Source: Octopus bimaculoides (taxonomy: Eukaryota). From it: a DNA stretch of 64,000 nt. The notes beneath the pieces are model-generated. The model was not told where the DNA came from. It did no database searches and saw nothing but the letters and a program-made list of their open reading frames with translations. Below, one piece after another: positions 11,836-24,655 of the stretch; the first letter of the stretch is position 1, and every line of letters begins with the position of its first letter. Made by a program: the position numbers and the translations under genes. The DNA lies in the NCBI RefSeq assembly GCF_001194135.2, contig NC_068995.1:36828777-36892776 (forward strand). The letters run 5' to 3'.

Positions 11836-13234
11836 ATTCATGTTAGGAAAATAATATAATTGATAAAAATAAACCTTGGTTCAGTGTAGTGAGTCTTAAA
11901 ATTCTCCCTCTCCATCACTTTCTTTTTCTGTTTGAAACTGTTATCCTAAATCCACTGGTTTGGACACATATAAATGCATCAAATGTGCCTCCCCTATTAA
12001 CTCCTCTTTACGGAGTTAATGTGACAAAGAAAGCAGTATTTTTTTTTAAAACTTTCTGTTGCAAATTGTGTCAGCAATTTTTAACTTACCATGCAAAGTG
12101 CAGTAGACACTTTTGTTTAATTGCCAATAGATTGCAAAGTTTAAAAATGAAAGATTGAGATTCTGTCCTCTAAATATTAATGATATCAACAATGCTTCTT
12201 GTAACACTTATAGTAGTAGTTAAACTGCTGCAACATTTGCCTGACTGAATGAAATATCAGACTTCTTTCTCTCAGGTCATTAGTTTATATCTAACCAAGA
12301 ACATTTCATTGTTTCCTTGGGCAAAACAATTCTCTATACCCAACTAAAACTACAAGTGTATGAAAGGTCTCATTATTTTATGACAACACTTTTTACAAGA
12401 AAGACGTAACCTTCAGTCATTGTATATTGTAGCTATCTTTCTTATGATTATGAGTTGAAGTTGATAGTTACCTGACACGAATGCTTAGTTTTTGTTTGTT
12501 TTACACCCATTTTCCCCTCTTTGAATGGACAGGATGATTTATTTGTTTTAACTGTTGATTTTGCAGTTTACTATCCTCCCATCCTGTTATTAACCACTCA
12601 TCTGTGAAGTTAGTGGGTCTTAATTGTCTTGTTTACTCCAACAAATTCTAGTAACGTTGAAATTATGACCATGTCTAAGGCCTTAATTCCACTGTCAAAT
12701 TTTTCTGTTCATTTCACGAAAGTCCTTTAAAACCATGATTGATATTATCTTAGTTTTACTTCTTTTGCGTTTTATGTGATTTATAAAAATTACACTGTGT
12801 AACATGAGTGTTGTCATTAGGTAGTAACTGTTATTTCCTATTTGCTTACCCTTAAAAAGTATGAGAAATGGCTAACATTTCCTTCAAACTTTGCTTTTGT
12901 TACATTTATTCAAACCCTAAAGATTCCCCTCTCAACACATGGCTATGATACTCCCCAACAACTCCTGCTCTTGATTGAGAGATGCTCATATTGTCAGCCA
13001 CTAAGGGACATTCTCAAGCAATTGACAAGCAAATCCGTAGCATTGAGCAGAATATTTGCTATAACAATATTTCTGCTTCAGCAACTCAACGTTGAATCTG
13101 TAATGTAATGGAAAATAGGTCAGTTTCAAAACATTGATGTCCAGGCCACAAAAGTGAAGTTTGAAAGGAATAGTAGTAATTTCCTTTGATTTCTAGGTAG
13201 AAGCAAGCAGGAAATAACATTTACTGACCAAAGA

Positions 13235-13274
<40 letters not shown>

Positions 13275-13369
13275 GAAATTTGTTACACATTGTTATTTCA
13301 AGATGAATTTATGATTTCTAGTTTGCGATTGGTAGAAACTTGCTAATAATTTTGTTGGTATTTTTATAG

Positions 13370-14873
13370 TTCGGCCAGAAGAGACCCTCGCCTACAGGTA
13401 ACAAAAGCTACAACTTCTTCAAGTGATAGTAAACCACCATCAACTGCAGCAGCACCTGTGAAAACTGACCCACGATTGATATCTAGTAAACCTGCAGTGA
13501 CAGAAACCAGCCCACCTTCTTCAGTTCCTGTTCCTCAAGACTTTGTTGTTGTTCCTTCAACTCCCCCTGGTGAGATTGTTTATCGACTGTATGAAGTTTC
13601 CACTTACAAAATCCCACTTTCAGCTACCATCGATGTATTTCATTCTAAATATAAAGATGATCCCCGGATCCAAAAACATCTGAGTAATCCTCCTGAGTCC
13701 TTGAAGCAAAAAATTCTACCAGGTGATCCAGATAAAAATTTAATCAAATCATTTGTTGTGCCTAATCCAAATCGTCCTGGTAAAGATACTACTGTTGATG
13801 ACTTACCAATGCCAACGTTACCTCCTGTAAACCTACCACCTATTACCTCAACAGCAGCTGCATCTACAACATCTAAAAGGCCTCAAGATCCTCGCAGGAC
13901 AAGAATACTGCCTCCTAATTCTCGTATTGTAAGTAAAAAGGTTGAAGATAAAGACAATACAGAACCAAATAAATCTGCAGATCCACGCATTTCCCGAGGT
14001 GGACCTGATCAGTTTCCACCTGCAAAACCTTTGGATCCAAGATTGCTGAGACTACAACCAGGTTCAGCTGGACCTTCTCGGCCGATTGATCCTCGAAGAT
14101 TAAAACAAGAGTCATCTAAGCCATTTCCTGGACGAGCATCTAATGATCCTAGAGCCAACAAACAGCAGTCACCTGTTGCTGAACAAAACCTACCCCCAAT
14201 GCTGGCACAAATGCCAAATCCGGCTGTACCAAGACCACCTGTAGATTCCGCTAACGAGAAACGAGGTCCTCGTACACAAGAAACACCTGCTCCCCTTCAT
14301 CCCGTACGACCAAGCAATCCAAAGGAAAGCCAAAGCAAAACTGAACCGTCAGACTCAAGTACTGCAGAGGTGTCGCAGCCTAAATTAGATCATCGAAATG
14401 ACCCTCGCTTTAAACGGAAACCTGCTGGTGAAAGTGGTAGCTCATTACCGCCTATTCGAAAGGTTACTGGACAGCGTAAAGTTAACATGGAGTATAGTTC
14501 ACCATTAGGTACAGAAGCAGACAAACCTGAACCAAATTCTGGATATAATAGTTATAACAGGCCTCCTAATGCTAATCGGCAAATGAGTGGCAATAATAAT
14601 AATAAAATGTGGACAGGTGGACCTGATTCCGGGCCTCCAACTTTACCTTCTGGTAAGCCTCATTCTAGTGGAGGTAATGACACTACACATGGTTCCCTTG
14701 ATCCCAGAGATGTTGCTAATCATCCTTCCACATCTGACCCTCCTTCAAATTTTCCCCCTCAAATGCAACCGAGTGGGCCACTACAACAATACCCTCCTGT
14801 ACTTCCTCCAGATCAACCCAAGTTAAAAGATTTATTCAAAATTATTGACCCCACTGCATCTCCATTTTGTTGA
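13370..14873 (+). CDS. ZC3H4: ZC3H4-like terminal exon: Pro-rich, 10 DPR motifs, ends LKDLFKIIDPTASPFC-stop
   Basis: tttttatag acceptor; in frame with ORF 13458-14873; C-terminus resembles human ZC3H4 '...DPTASPFC'. Confidence 0.95.
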
Positions 14874-16547
14874 TAAGAAATATTCATGATGATAATGTTA
14901 CTGTTTACATGGTTTCCTTTGTAAATGTTTCTTCATTTTACTTTTCCAAAGTAAGACGAGTCACTTTATGATCTCTTAGTATACTTCTTTACTGCTCTTT
15001 CTTTCTTTCTTCTCTCTCTTTCTGCCTCCCCCATCTCTCTCTTCTGTCTGTCTTGCTAACTCTCCCCCTCTCTATATATATATACTTGTTTGAAATAATG
15101 TTCTGTCTTGTTTGAGACTTCTAAAGCAACAGTGATCACAGGTGCTGGTAGTTTATCTCTTTCATTATACCTCTGTTTTGCAATACAGGGTTTGATGCTT
15201 GGACATTGCATCATAAACAAAATAAATGAACTACTAATAATGTTGATGGATAATTTGAAGAAAATGAAATGAGGAATGGATTTTATTAAAATCGTGACTA
15301 GAGATAAAAATCTCTGCTAAAACATGTTATAGACTACTGGAAGTTTTTATTTAACATTTTTGATGTAAATATTTCTTGATTTGATTTAGTGAGTCTTTGT
15401 TATTTCTACTATTTAAATGATGACATGTACAGCTTCCAAGTCTCCACTATATTAACAGAACTTGTCTTTTACAAAGGCTGTTTGAATAAGCTTATTTAAC
15501 AAAAACACAAATAAATAAAGAAAATACCCATCTCCCCTCTATGAAACCAGAATAATTTTAAGATATTGTGGGAATCTTTTATTTTCTGAAGTCTGTGAGG
15601 AATATTTAAATTATTATTACATTAATTCTTTTGTTTGTTTTTAAAATTGTACGTTTTGATCCATCTGCTCATCTTATTTAAAATAATTCAGGGTTGTAAT
15701 TAATGAATTTGAACAAGATGTGATAAATATTTTGTTGTAGAGAAGATTATGTGAATGATATTTGTGAAGATATATAAGTTTATATTCAAGAGTCAGATAT
15801 TAAATGATAACATGCAGCGATGTTTTTAAAAGCCTTAAAAGAAGTTCTGTAGTTGGTGATACTGCCAGTGTGTCATATGATATGAAGTTCAAAATACAGT
15901 TACATTATGTTATCTATGAATATCAAACTTGCATTAAGCCAGTAGTAGTAGAAATATATATAATAATAATAATAATGATGATAATAATAATAATCTATTG
16001 TAGTGTTTTATTTGACACCTAGTTGTGTAATTTTTGTAACATTCAAAAATTGAAGCACAAAACATCAACTTGTAATGTTGACTGACTGCATACTCTGTCA
16101 CAGTCACTGATGAGTCCATGGAAAGCATTAAATCAAAACAAAAACTAATTGCTAAATAAATATTATGTCATTTAAGGTTATTGGTTGTTGCTGATGATGA
16201 TATATATATATAAATATAAAATATATAAATGTTTAATCGAGAATCATTAAGCCAACAAAATATAGTTTTGCCAATGGCTCATCGAGGACTAAGTTTCAAA
16301 ATTTAGGAAGATCTCGTTAAATTAGCTCTTCCTAAATTTTGCTCCTTAGTTCCCAATGAACCATAGGTAATACAAGGTATTTTGTTGGATTAATGATTAT
16401 GGATTAAATATTTTTATTTACTCTCACACTTACCTTTTAAGTACTTCATCTAAGTGATCAGGCATAACCTCTTTTTGTATTTGTCACCCGTAGGAATGTA
16501 TATGTAATATATGTGTGTGTGTATTCTATACATGTCTATCTTTGTCA

Positions 16548-16553
<6 letters not shown>

Positions 16554-16637
<84 letters not shown>
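16554..16637. repeat. (TA)n microsatellite
   Basis: Read directly from the sequence. Confidence 0.97.
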
Positions 16638-16640
<3 letters not shown>

Positions 16641-18025
16641 ATTGGCCATAATAGCATTGATATGGATTTGGGTTGGTTGTATTTGTTTAGAATGATGCTG
16701 GAGCTTTCTCAGTAACAGTTTCAAATAGTTAGGTACCTTATATACTTAGGGAGGTACTGTGTGTGTGTACATGCCTCTATTGATATAGCATAACCCAGGT
16801 TTCAATCTATGATTCTCTAAACTCTGCTTCATCTTAGATGCATATATATTCAAGCCTATGCATACAACTGAAAGTAAGTTATTGAGTCTATCATTTCCAA
16901 CAATGAATATCTCAGTTACATGATCAATTGAATTAGCATCTTAAGTGACTGAGTATTCCACAGACATATGTACCAGTATTCCAGTAGTTTGATCAACTGG
17001 ATTATCTATGTATCAAATTCTAAGAGGTTTGATTATTTCAATGACACCAGTATTCTTAGTCTAATCCCCAGTTTGAAATTCAGGTACAGGACATAATAAG
17101 CATGACCGAATGGTTAAGAAGTTTGTTTCACAATCATGAAGTCTCTGGTTCAATACCAGTATATGACATCTTGGATGAGTGTCAGACTTGGATGAACTCA
17201 TGTCTTGAGAATGAAATCAAATTAGTGGAAACTGTGTAGAAGTTCGTTGGAATTACTCTGTATGCAAACACACACAGTACAGGCATGCATGCTGAATGTT
17301 AATAATGGCTAGAAAAACCACCCTTTCCTACCTTGTTTTTAGACACACAATTAACAGCATTGTGGTCTTCATTAGTGTATTAAATGTTTACTAGCAGTTA
17401 TTGTGTAAAGGGGCAGTAACTTGAGTGGTCTAAATTTATATCCAGATACAGTTATTGCATTGTATCCCTCCCACTTAATAAACTAAAAATTTTATTCACT
17501 GCTGCTATGGTTTCTAACTTGTCACTTATACTTTGTCTTTGATAAATATATTTAACTCAAAATTGCCTAAGAGATTCCTTACTGGAGCTGAATGCAACAA
17601 TTTGCCAGAGTTTAGTTAGCTTTTAAGTGTGAGGTTTAAATTCCATCATGAGTATAGCCTGAAGAAGAATGGACTGTACATAGCTGACTTAATTTGGATG
17701 CAGCATAAGATGGAAACTTTCTTTGGTAACCCAGTGATCAAATCATTTATTATGGGACATCTATACATCATATTCATTGAAAAAATTTCAAGTTCAAATC
17801 CCACCGAAATTAACTGTGATGTTCATCCTTCTGGGGCCAATAAGATGAGGTGCCAGTCAATTACTAGGATTGATATTTGTGGCTTTGTACCTATGTTAGA
17901 AATTATTATTATTATTAATCGAACTAGCATAATAAGTACCAGTTGAGCACTGGGGTTGATGTAATTGAGTTACCCCCTCTGCTGAGATTGCAGGACTTGT
18001 GCTAAAATTTGAAACCATTATTGTT

Positions 18026-18448
18026 AAGGTGGCGAGCTGGCAGAATCGTTAGCATGCCAGGCAAAATGCTTGATGGCATTTTGTCCATCTTTAAGTTCTG
18101 AGTTCAAATTCTGCTGAGATTGACTTTGCCTTCTTTCATCTCTTTGGAATATGAATTAATTATCAGTGAAACACTGGGGTCGATGTAATCGACTAATCCC
18201 CTCTCCCCACATTTCAGGCTTTGTGTCTTTAGTAGAAAGGATTATTATTATTATCAAAGTGATGAGCTGGCAGATTGGTTAGCATGCGGGGCAAAATGCT
18301 TAGTGGCATTTCCTCTGGTTTTACGTTCTGGGTTCAAATTCCACTGAGGTTTGACCTTGCTTTTCCTCCTTTTGGGATTGTTAAAATAAGTACCAGTTGA
18401 AAACTGGAGTTGATGTAATTGAATTTTCCTCTCCCCAGAATTTGAAAC

Positions 18449-18499
<51 letters not shown>

Positions 18500-18500
18500 C
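18026..18500 (+). mobile_element. SINE 'family C': two head-to-tail copies with (ATT)n tails (further fragments at 17755-18024)
   Basis: GGCGAGCTGGCAGAATCGTTAGC...GTTCAAATTC head; about 230-bp units. Confidence 0.85.
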
Positions 18501-19069
18501 ACAATAATGGTAGATATGACCACTACAGTAAACTACTGGACTAGAAATATTATATACAGTATCAATTAAGTAATTTGTTGTTCAGTGAATATTTAAGAAC
18601 ACACACAAAAAAGAAAGGTAAAAGATCGCTGCTATTTAACCTGCTCAGAGGTAACAATACTTGATGACAAGGATATTGTTCTAAGTTTAAGTCTCATTTA
18701 GGTCAGCTTACATTTTTTTTTTTTATCATTCCTCTGGGGAAGCAGGTATGATAGTGGGAATTTAATGAGAAATGTATAGATGATATATTGAGGTCATGTG
18801 TTGATTTAATCAGTATTAGCTCTTTTAATACAATAACCTCAGGGGAATTTGAAATACATTTTTTTATTGTTAGTAACTATCATGGTGTGATGTGGTAGTA
18901 AGTTCTTGGTGAGCTGAACTTGCATTCTGGTTTCAATTTCTTGTTGGTACCATTTTAATTACATTGCAAAATGCCTATGGGAAAGGCATGCATGTTGTTA
19001 TTCTCATTCTCCCATCACCTAAAAATATGGAGTGTCATGCCTATGTAAAAATAAAAATTGATATTATTG

Positions 19070-19107
<38 letters not shown>

Positions 19108-19121
19108 TATTATTATTATTA

Positions 19122-19439
19122 TTACCTTTGCCTTGGTGGAGGTATTGTTTCCAGTCTTGTTTGTTTGTCTGTGGACAAGATATATCAAGAACCACTGGAT
19201 GGATTTGGATGAAACTTTCAGGGATGTTTGGCATCGTGACTGGCACGGACTGATTAGATTTTGGGTTCGATCTGGTAGTGGACAAGGATTCTGGATTATT
19301 TTTCCTGTTTTTTTTACTTCAATTTTGAGAGCAGTTGAGTTTATTTCAGATATTCTCATTTTAAAAAAACATCTCTGGCTAATCATTGAGAAGACATTGG
19401 TGTTGCCTTGGCGGAGGTTTGCACTCTCTGAGTGCTCTT
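19122..19439 (+). mobile_element. Helentron-associated non-autonomous element (HINE/DINE-1 architecture)
   Basis: 5' subTIR plus inverted repeat ACCTTTGCCTTGGTGGAGGT, tttgtttgtctgt microsatellite, 3' subTIR CCTTGGCGGAGGT, 3' hairpin GCACTC-TCT-GAGTGC; inserted in (ATT)n. Confidence 0.72.
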
Positions 19440-20025
19440 ATTATTATTATTATTATTATAATGGCCACCATTCTGTGAAGACATACAAAGCTGGAGTTCT
19501 GTGATTTGTAAGTGTTTAATCAAATGTTTCAGCTGGTTGCAGCCCGTTTAATCATATGTTTTAAAATAATTGTTTTGCTTGCATTGTCTGGATTGTGGTG
19601 GCAACATTTTTGTGTAATTGCACCCCCTTTTTGGGAGTGTAACTCAGTAATGATTCTTGTGCATTTTTGTGAAGACAAGAATTCATTTATTTCTGCAATT
19701 TTAAAAAAAATGTTTGAAAATCATAATAATTGACAGCAAGCAGCGTTCTGTTGACACTGTTGTAACATTGAACACAGCCGTGGCTGAAGTTAAAATTGAT
19801 TTCTTGCCAAAAGAGAAATAGAATTTCCTCTTGTTGATATGGCGGTAGTAACATGTGCAACAGTACTAGCAAAGACTGAAAACAACAACAAAGGTGATGA
19901 CAACAGCAGTAACAACAATGTGAACAGCAGCTTCACCAACAGAAGCAACAATAATAGCAACTGTATCAGCAATAACAGGAACAAGATAAAAAAGCAGCAA
20001 CATGAACAAGATTGAAAACAATTGT

Positions 20026-20407
20026 TGTTGGCACGCCGTCGCTTATGACGTCAAGGGTTCCAGTTGATTCGATCAACGGAACGGCCTGCTTGTGAAATTA
20101 ACGTGCAAGTGGCTGAGCACTCCGCAGACACGTGTACCCTTAACGTAGTTCTCGGGAATATTCAGCGTGACACAGTGTGACAAGGCTGGCCCTTTGAATT
20201 ACAGGCACAACAAAAACAGGAAGAAAGAGTGAGAGAAAGTTGTGGTGAAAAAGTACAGCAGGGTTCGCCACCACCCCCTGCCGGAGCCTCCTGGAGCTTT
20301 TGGTGTTTTCTCTCAATAAACACTCACAACGCCCAGTCTGGGAATTGAAACCGCGATCCTATGACCGTGAGTCCGCTGCCCTAACCACTGGGCCATTGCA
20401 CCTCCAC
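20026..20407 (-). mobile_element. tRNA-derived SINE 'family D' (second copy 41486-41859)
   Basis: Minus-strand head GTGGAGG(C/T)GCAATGGCCCAGTGG...GGTTTC(G/A)ATTCCC has A- and B-box motifs; two highly similar copies. Confidence 0.88.
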
Positions 20408-20619
20408 TTTGAAAACAATAACAACAGCAGAAAGAACAAAGCAGTTATCAATAGTAACTGTGTGGAAAACAACAGCAGCAGCAACAATAATATAAAGAAC
20501 TATAATAATGCTTTATTTTTTCGAAGGCAGCTAGCTAGTAGACCGTCCATTCAGTTCAAGATTTGAAAAATAAAGCACTGCAGTACAAAAGTGACATTTT
20601 GCAATAAGATCTTATGTGC

Positions 20620-22630
20620 CCCAGTGAGGAGGAAAGCAACCCCTCTGAATGATAAACAATTGTCTACAAATATGCTTCTTGCGAGGAGAGGAAACTTAAA
20701 TTTCCTACTCTGGCAGAGACTGAAAAATGTCTCCAAAATGTGTGGCCCTCAGTGCTACATATATGCAAAGGTAAGCAGTAGGGGACGGTAACTGTTATAT
20801 GCAGCAGTGAACAAGAAGCCAGAAGAATGGCGATTATCACTTGCTTTTGTGATGATTCCCCCATTACATGGGTTAAAGCTTGACTCGAATTCATGTCAAG
20901 AACATGCTGGTTCACCATGATCCAGTGAGAGTTTTAGCCATTTTGCAAGAGCATAGGGAGATTGTGGAGGTGAAGTCCACCCAACAACTCAGTAGGACTG
21001 GAATTCCAGATACTAGTTCTCCAGAGGAAATAAATCGCATTCCTGATTTTTCTTCTGTTTTGGAGAATGCGAACAGATGTCCGTTTATATAAAAGGGAAA
21101 AGAAACGAAGTGTTTTGTGTGTGGGAATACGAGTCCCCTCAAAGCATTATGCACCACAGTGGAGAAAGCACGAAACTTTCCTTCGTCACTACCAACTCCT
21201 CAAGGTGTGGACAAAACTACTACCTCACATCTGCCTCTTTCCTCTGACTTGGGTCCCACAAAAGCAAAGACCTCATTGACATTGCACNNNNNNNNNNNNN
21301 NNNNNNNNNNNNNNNNNNNNNNNNNNNNNNNNNNNNNNNNNNNNNNNNNNNNNNNNNNNNNNNNNNNNNNNNNNNNNNNNNNNNNNNNNNNNNNNNNNNN
21401 NNNNNNNNNNNNNNNNNNNNNNNNNNNNNNNNNNNNNNNNNNNNNNNNNNNNNNNNNNNNNNNNNNNNNNNNNNNNNNNNNNNNNNNNNNNNNNNNNNNN
21501 NNNNNNNNNNNNNNNNNNNNNNNNNNNNNNNNNNNNNNNNNNNNNNNNNNNNNNNNNNNNNNNNNNNNNNNNNNNNNNNNNNNNNNNNNNNNNNNNNNNN
21601 NNNNNNNNNNNNNNNNNNNNNNNNNNNNNNNNNNNNNNNNNNNNNNNNNNNNNNNNNNNNNNNNNNNNNNNNNNNNNNNNNNNNNNNNNNNNNNNNNNNN
21701 NNNNNNNNNNNNNNNNNNNNNNNNNNNNNNNNNNNNNNNNNNNNNNNNNNNNNNNNNNNNNNNNNNNNNNNNNNNNNNNNNNNNNNNNNNNNNNNNNNNN
21801 NNNNNNNNNNNNNNNNNNNNNNNNNNNNNNNNNNNNNNNNNNNNNNNNNNNNNNNNNNNNNNNNNNNNNNNNNNNNNNNNNNNNNNNNNNNNNNNNNNTT
21901 GGAAGCAGGGTCAACTGCTCAACGATCTCAGGTCCCGTGATTTAGATGTGACAGGAATTAGTGATACAAAAATTTCTAGGAAGCATGCTCTAGCATCCAT
22001 TTTTGAAGACTACAAGATATTCTCATCTTGTGATCTGTTGGGAGCGGGTAGCAGTGTTATTCCAAAAATCCTTAAGTCTCAAAGTAAGGACAATCTTCTT
22101 GGACCCAGACAGTAGGTTGGTGGTCCTAAATGTGAATGGCAGTGAAGGTGGTGCCTTTAGATTGGTGGCCATGTATGCCATGATAGGGGCTGGAAGGCCA
22201 GATTTCTTCAGGCATTTAAAACCTTCCTGGGAACGTTTCACACTTTAGTACTAGTGGAGGACTGGAATAGTATTTTGGACATACAGAAGGACTGTATGAG
22301 TCTTGTACATAGAAGAAGTGGGTGTAAAAGCCTTGAAAATCTGCTCAAACTTATGTCTGACAGGTATCGACCGGATCTCTCTGACGTGTCAGTGTGGATC
22401 ACAAGTCATCCTGATTGTACCTAGATAGAGTATTAGGCCAATGGACAGGGGATAACCTAGGGTGTCCACAGTTCAAATTGGTCGGCCACACAAACCACAA
22501 ATTTCTGATCTGCACAGTTGGTTTAGGTAGGACTCGTAGACAGGAACTTGGTTACTGGAAGTTGAATGTATCCTTTCCGGTATGCAAAGACTACTACAGG
22601 GACAACATTAGAGAACTAGTTAAGTGGCAG
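20620..22630 (+). mobile_element. L1/Tx1-clade LINE remnant: ORF1 with CCHC-like knuckle (21111-21152) and APE endonuclease (21899-22630); RT missing
   Basis: CFVCGNTS(P)LKALC; endonuclease motifs EDWNSILD, YLDRVL, TNHKFL, GYWKLNVS; left boundary approximate. Confidence 0.8.
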
Positions 22631-22766
22631 TTGAGAGAGTGTGTGTATGCGTGTGAAAGAGAAAACAACAGAGATTAATTTATTCCTAAAGTTTTTCTCA
22701 TGTCACTTTCTATGCCAATGAATTTATGTGTCTTTACAAAGGAATCCATATTGGGCAATATATGTA

Positions 22767-22816
<50 letters not shown>

Positions 22817-22817
22817 A

Positions 22818-23386
22818 TTAGGGATAAAATCCAAAATTATAGGTAAAAACTCAATTAAAATCAATTTATTAAAAATTAAAATTAAATTAAGTATATATAC
22901 TTCATTTTCTACAGTGCTCTTCCATCTATCTGGTAGACTTGCAAGGCCCCTCTTCCAAAATTCACTTGTCCATGATGAAAAATACTCCTCCACTACTGTT
23001 CTGACCTTGTCTAAAGAATTCATATTTTTTCCCATCCAAATGATTTTGAAGACTGCGGAATAAATGATAATCAGATGGGGTAAGGTCTGGCGTATATGGT
23101 AGGTGGGACATTGTTTCCCTTTCAAACTGCTCCAACCTTTTGAATGTCATCTGTGCTGTATGTGGCTGAGCATTATCCCGATGGAAGAACACCTTTCATC
23201 TTCAAACCAAAGATGGTCATCTTACTTCCAGCGCTGAGTTGAATGACTGGTTGAGTGACCAAATCCAAGCTTCTCTGCCAGTTCCTCAACAGTTACGATG
23301 GGATTTTGTTCCACCAGGGTTTGCAGGATGTCCTTGTCAAGCTATACAGATCTTCCAGGATGAGGTTCATCTTCTAGGCTGTAGTT
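22818..23386 (-). mobile_element. Mariner (DD34D) remnant with internal deletion
   Basis: HRDNAQPH...YTPDLTPSDYHLFRSLQNHL joined directly to the HTH region (VEQNPIVTVEELAEKLGFGHS); TA-flanked end at 22818. Confidence 0.88.
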
Positions 23387-24237
23387 NNNNNNNNNNACAT
23401 TGCTTGACAACCGATGGTGGTGTGTTTACGTCCCCGTAACTTAGCGGTTCAGCATAAGAGACCGATAGAATGAGTACTAGGCTTCCAAAGAATAAGTCCT
23501 GGGGTCGATTTGCTCGACTAAAGGCGGTGCTCCAGCATGGCCGCAGTCAAATGACTGAAACAAGTAAAAGAGTAAAAAGAGATACATATATATATATATT
23601 TGAAAACCAAGGGGAGAGTAGAGATTTATTTACATCCAAGACTTTTTTATTAAAATGTTTTCTTCAGCATATATAACAATGACCAACATATGTTTCTTCT
23701 GCAGCAACTGCACATTGCTCTGTTTGTAATTTCATCAAGTGTCCATCACGATGTTTTGAAAGTGAACAAATTCAAATAAACATCCTGCTTTGGTATTCAG
23801 TTGAAGGTGATAGCATTACTTTTTAAATTGAATTGAATCCTGGTCTTATAATAATAACCTCTACTAGTATTACAGTTGAATAATGGTTTTAAAATGTTTA
23901 TTTATATTACAATTAATTGTAGTAGTTTTGTTTATATTTTACTGTATAGAGCACATTATTTATTCAGAGGTATTTCACTTATTTTGGGTTTATACCCTCA
24001 ATTAATATTATTGTTATTATTAATATAATTATATTTATTAGTATTATTTGCATAAATATCATTAATTATCACAATCATTATTTTAACTAATATAATTACT
24101 ATAGAAGGTAAGTTATGTTTATCTAAGTTATTTAAGTGTATATTTTGTCCAGTGTAGACATCTCATAGTCTATTCCTGTCTAGTGTTTATTATATATACA
24201 AGTTTGTTTTCACTCTCTGTGTTTATTCTCTCTATTC

Positions 24238-24273
24238 CTTTCTGTTGAAGAGCATAAGCTCAAAACGTAAAAG
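24238..24273 (+). ncRNA. Minimal type I hammerhead-like motif, variant core (CTTT-CTGTTGA-A-GAGC-ATAA-GCTC-AAAAC-GT-A-AAAG)
   Basis: Stems I, II and III are positioned as in Penelope-type minimal hammerheads; G12 reads A (consistent with CpG decay); core position 6 is U. Confidence 0.55.
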
Positions 24274-24491
24274 ACTTTTTCATTTTTCCTGAGCATCAAA
24301 CTAATATACTTCCTTGTTGTTCATACACCTGTCTTTGTCTTTTGTTTTTCTATAAATTTCACTTATATATATATCCTTCTTCTTAACTCTCCTGTGTGAT
24401 CCTTCTGTCCGGCATTCGCCATGATAGATCACTAACCACTACACACATTTTCTTTCTCTGCTTGTTTCTCTCCTTGTTTCTTTCTGTGTTC

Positions 24492-24527
24492 CTTTCCGTG
24501 GAAGAGTGTAGGCTCGAAATGTTAAAG
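24492..24527 (+). ncRNA. Hammerhead-like motif, variant core (CTTT-CCGTGGA-A-GAGT-GTAG-GCTC-GAAAT-GT-T-AAAG)
   Basis: Same architecture in the tandem repeat unit 254 bp downstream. Confidence 0.5.
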
Positions 24528-24613
24528 ACTTTTTCAATTCCTGAGCGTTATACTAATACATCTGTTTGTTTTCTACACCACCTGTCTTCGTCTGTTGTCT
24601 TTTTGTGAATGCT

Positions 24614-24655
<42 letters not shown>

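Larger units (their letters stand above)
532..14873 (+). other. ZC3H4: Gene span (5'-incomplete): CCCH zinc-finger protein, ZC3H4/ZC3H6/Su(s) ortholog; join(532-640,865-974,2342-2384,4097-4265,5227-5513,6478-6699,10292-10386,11191-11489,13370-14873)
   Basis: All nine exons have AG/GT boundaries, and the phases chain into one open frame (0-1-0-1-2-1-1-0-2-stop). Motifs match my recollection of ZC3H4/6. Choosing ZC3H4 over ZC3H6 is not resolvable here; invertebrates generally have one ortholog. Confidence 0.92.
24200..24620 (+). mobile_element. Two tandem Penelope-like (pseudo-LTR type) repeat units, each with a hammerhead-like motif and ending in (TA)n
   Basis: Similar units about 250 bp apart; third copy inverted at 27800-28000. 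The Penelope link is inferred from the ribozyme architecture; no ORF is present. Confidence 0.55.

Noticed and set aside
16103-16130. CTGATGAGTCCATGGAAAG downstream of ZC3H4
   Set aside because: Stem II does not close next to GAAA and there is no stem III or NUH; probably chance
20340-20407. tRNA-like sequences with A/B boxes (also 41790-41859 and the heads of families B and C)
   Set aside because: They are SINE heads; they lack a full cloverleaf and continue into SINE bodies
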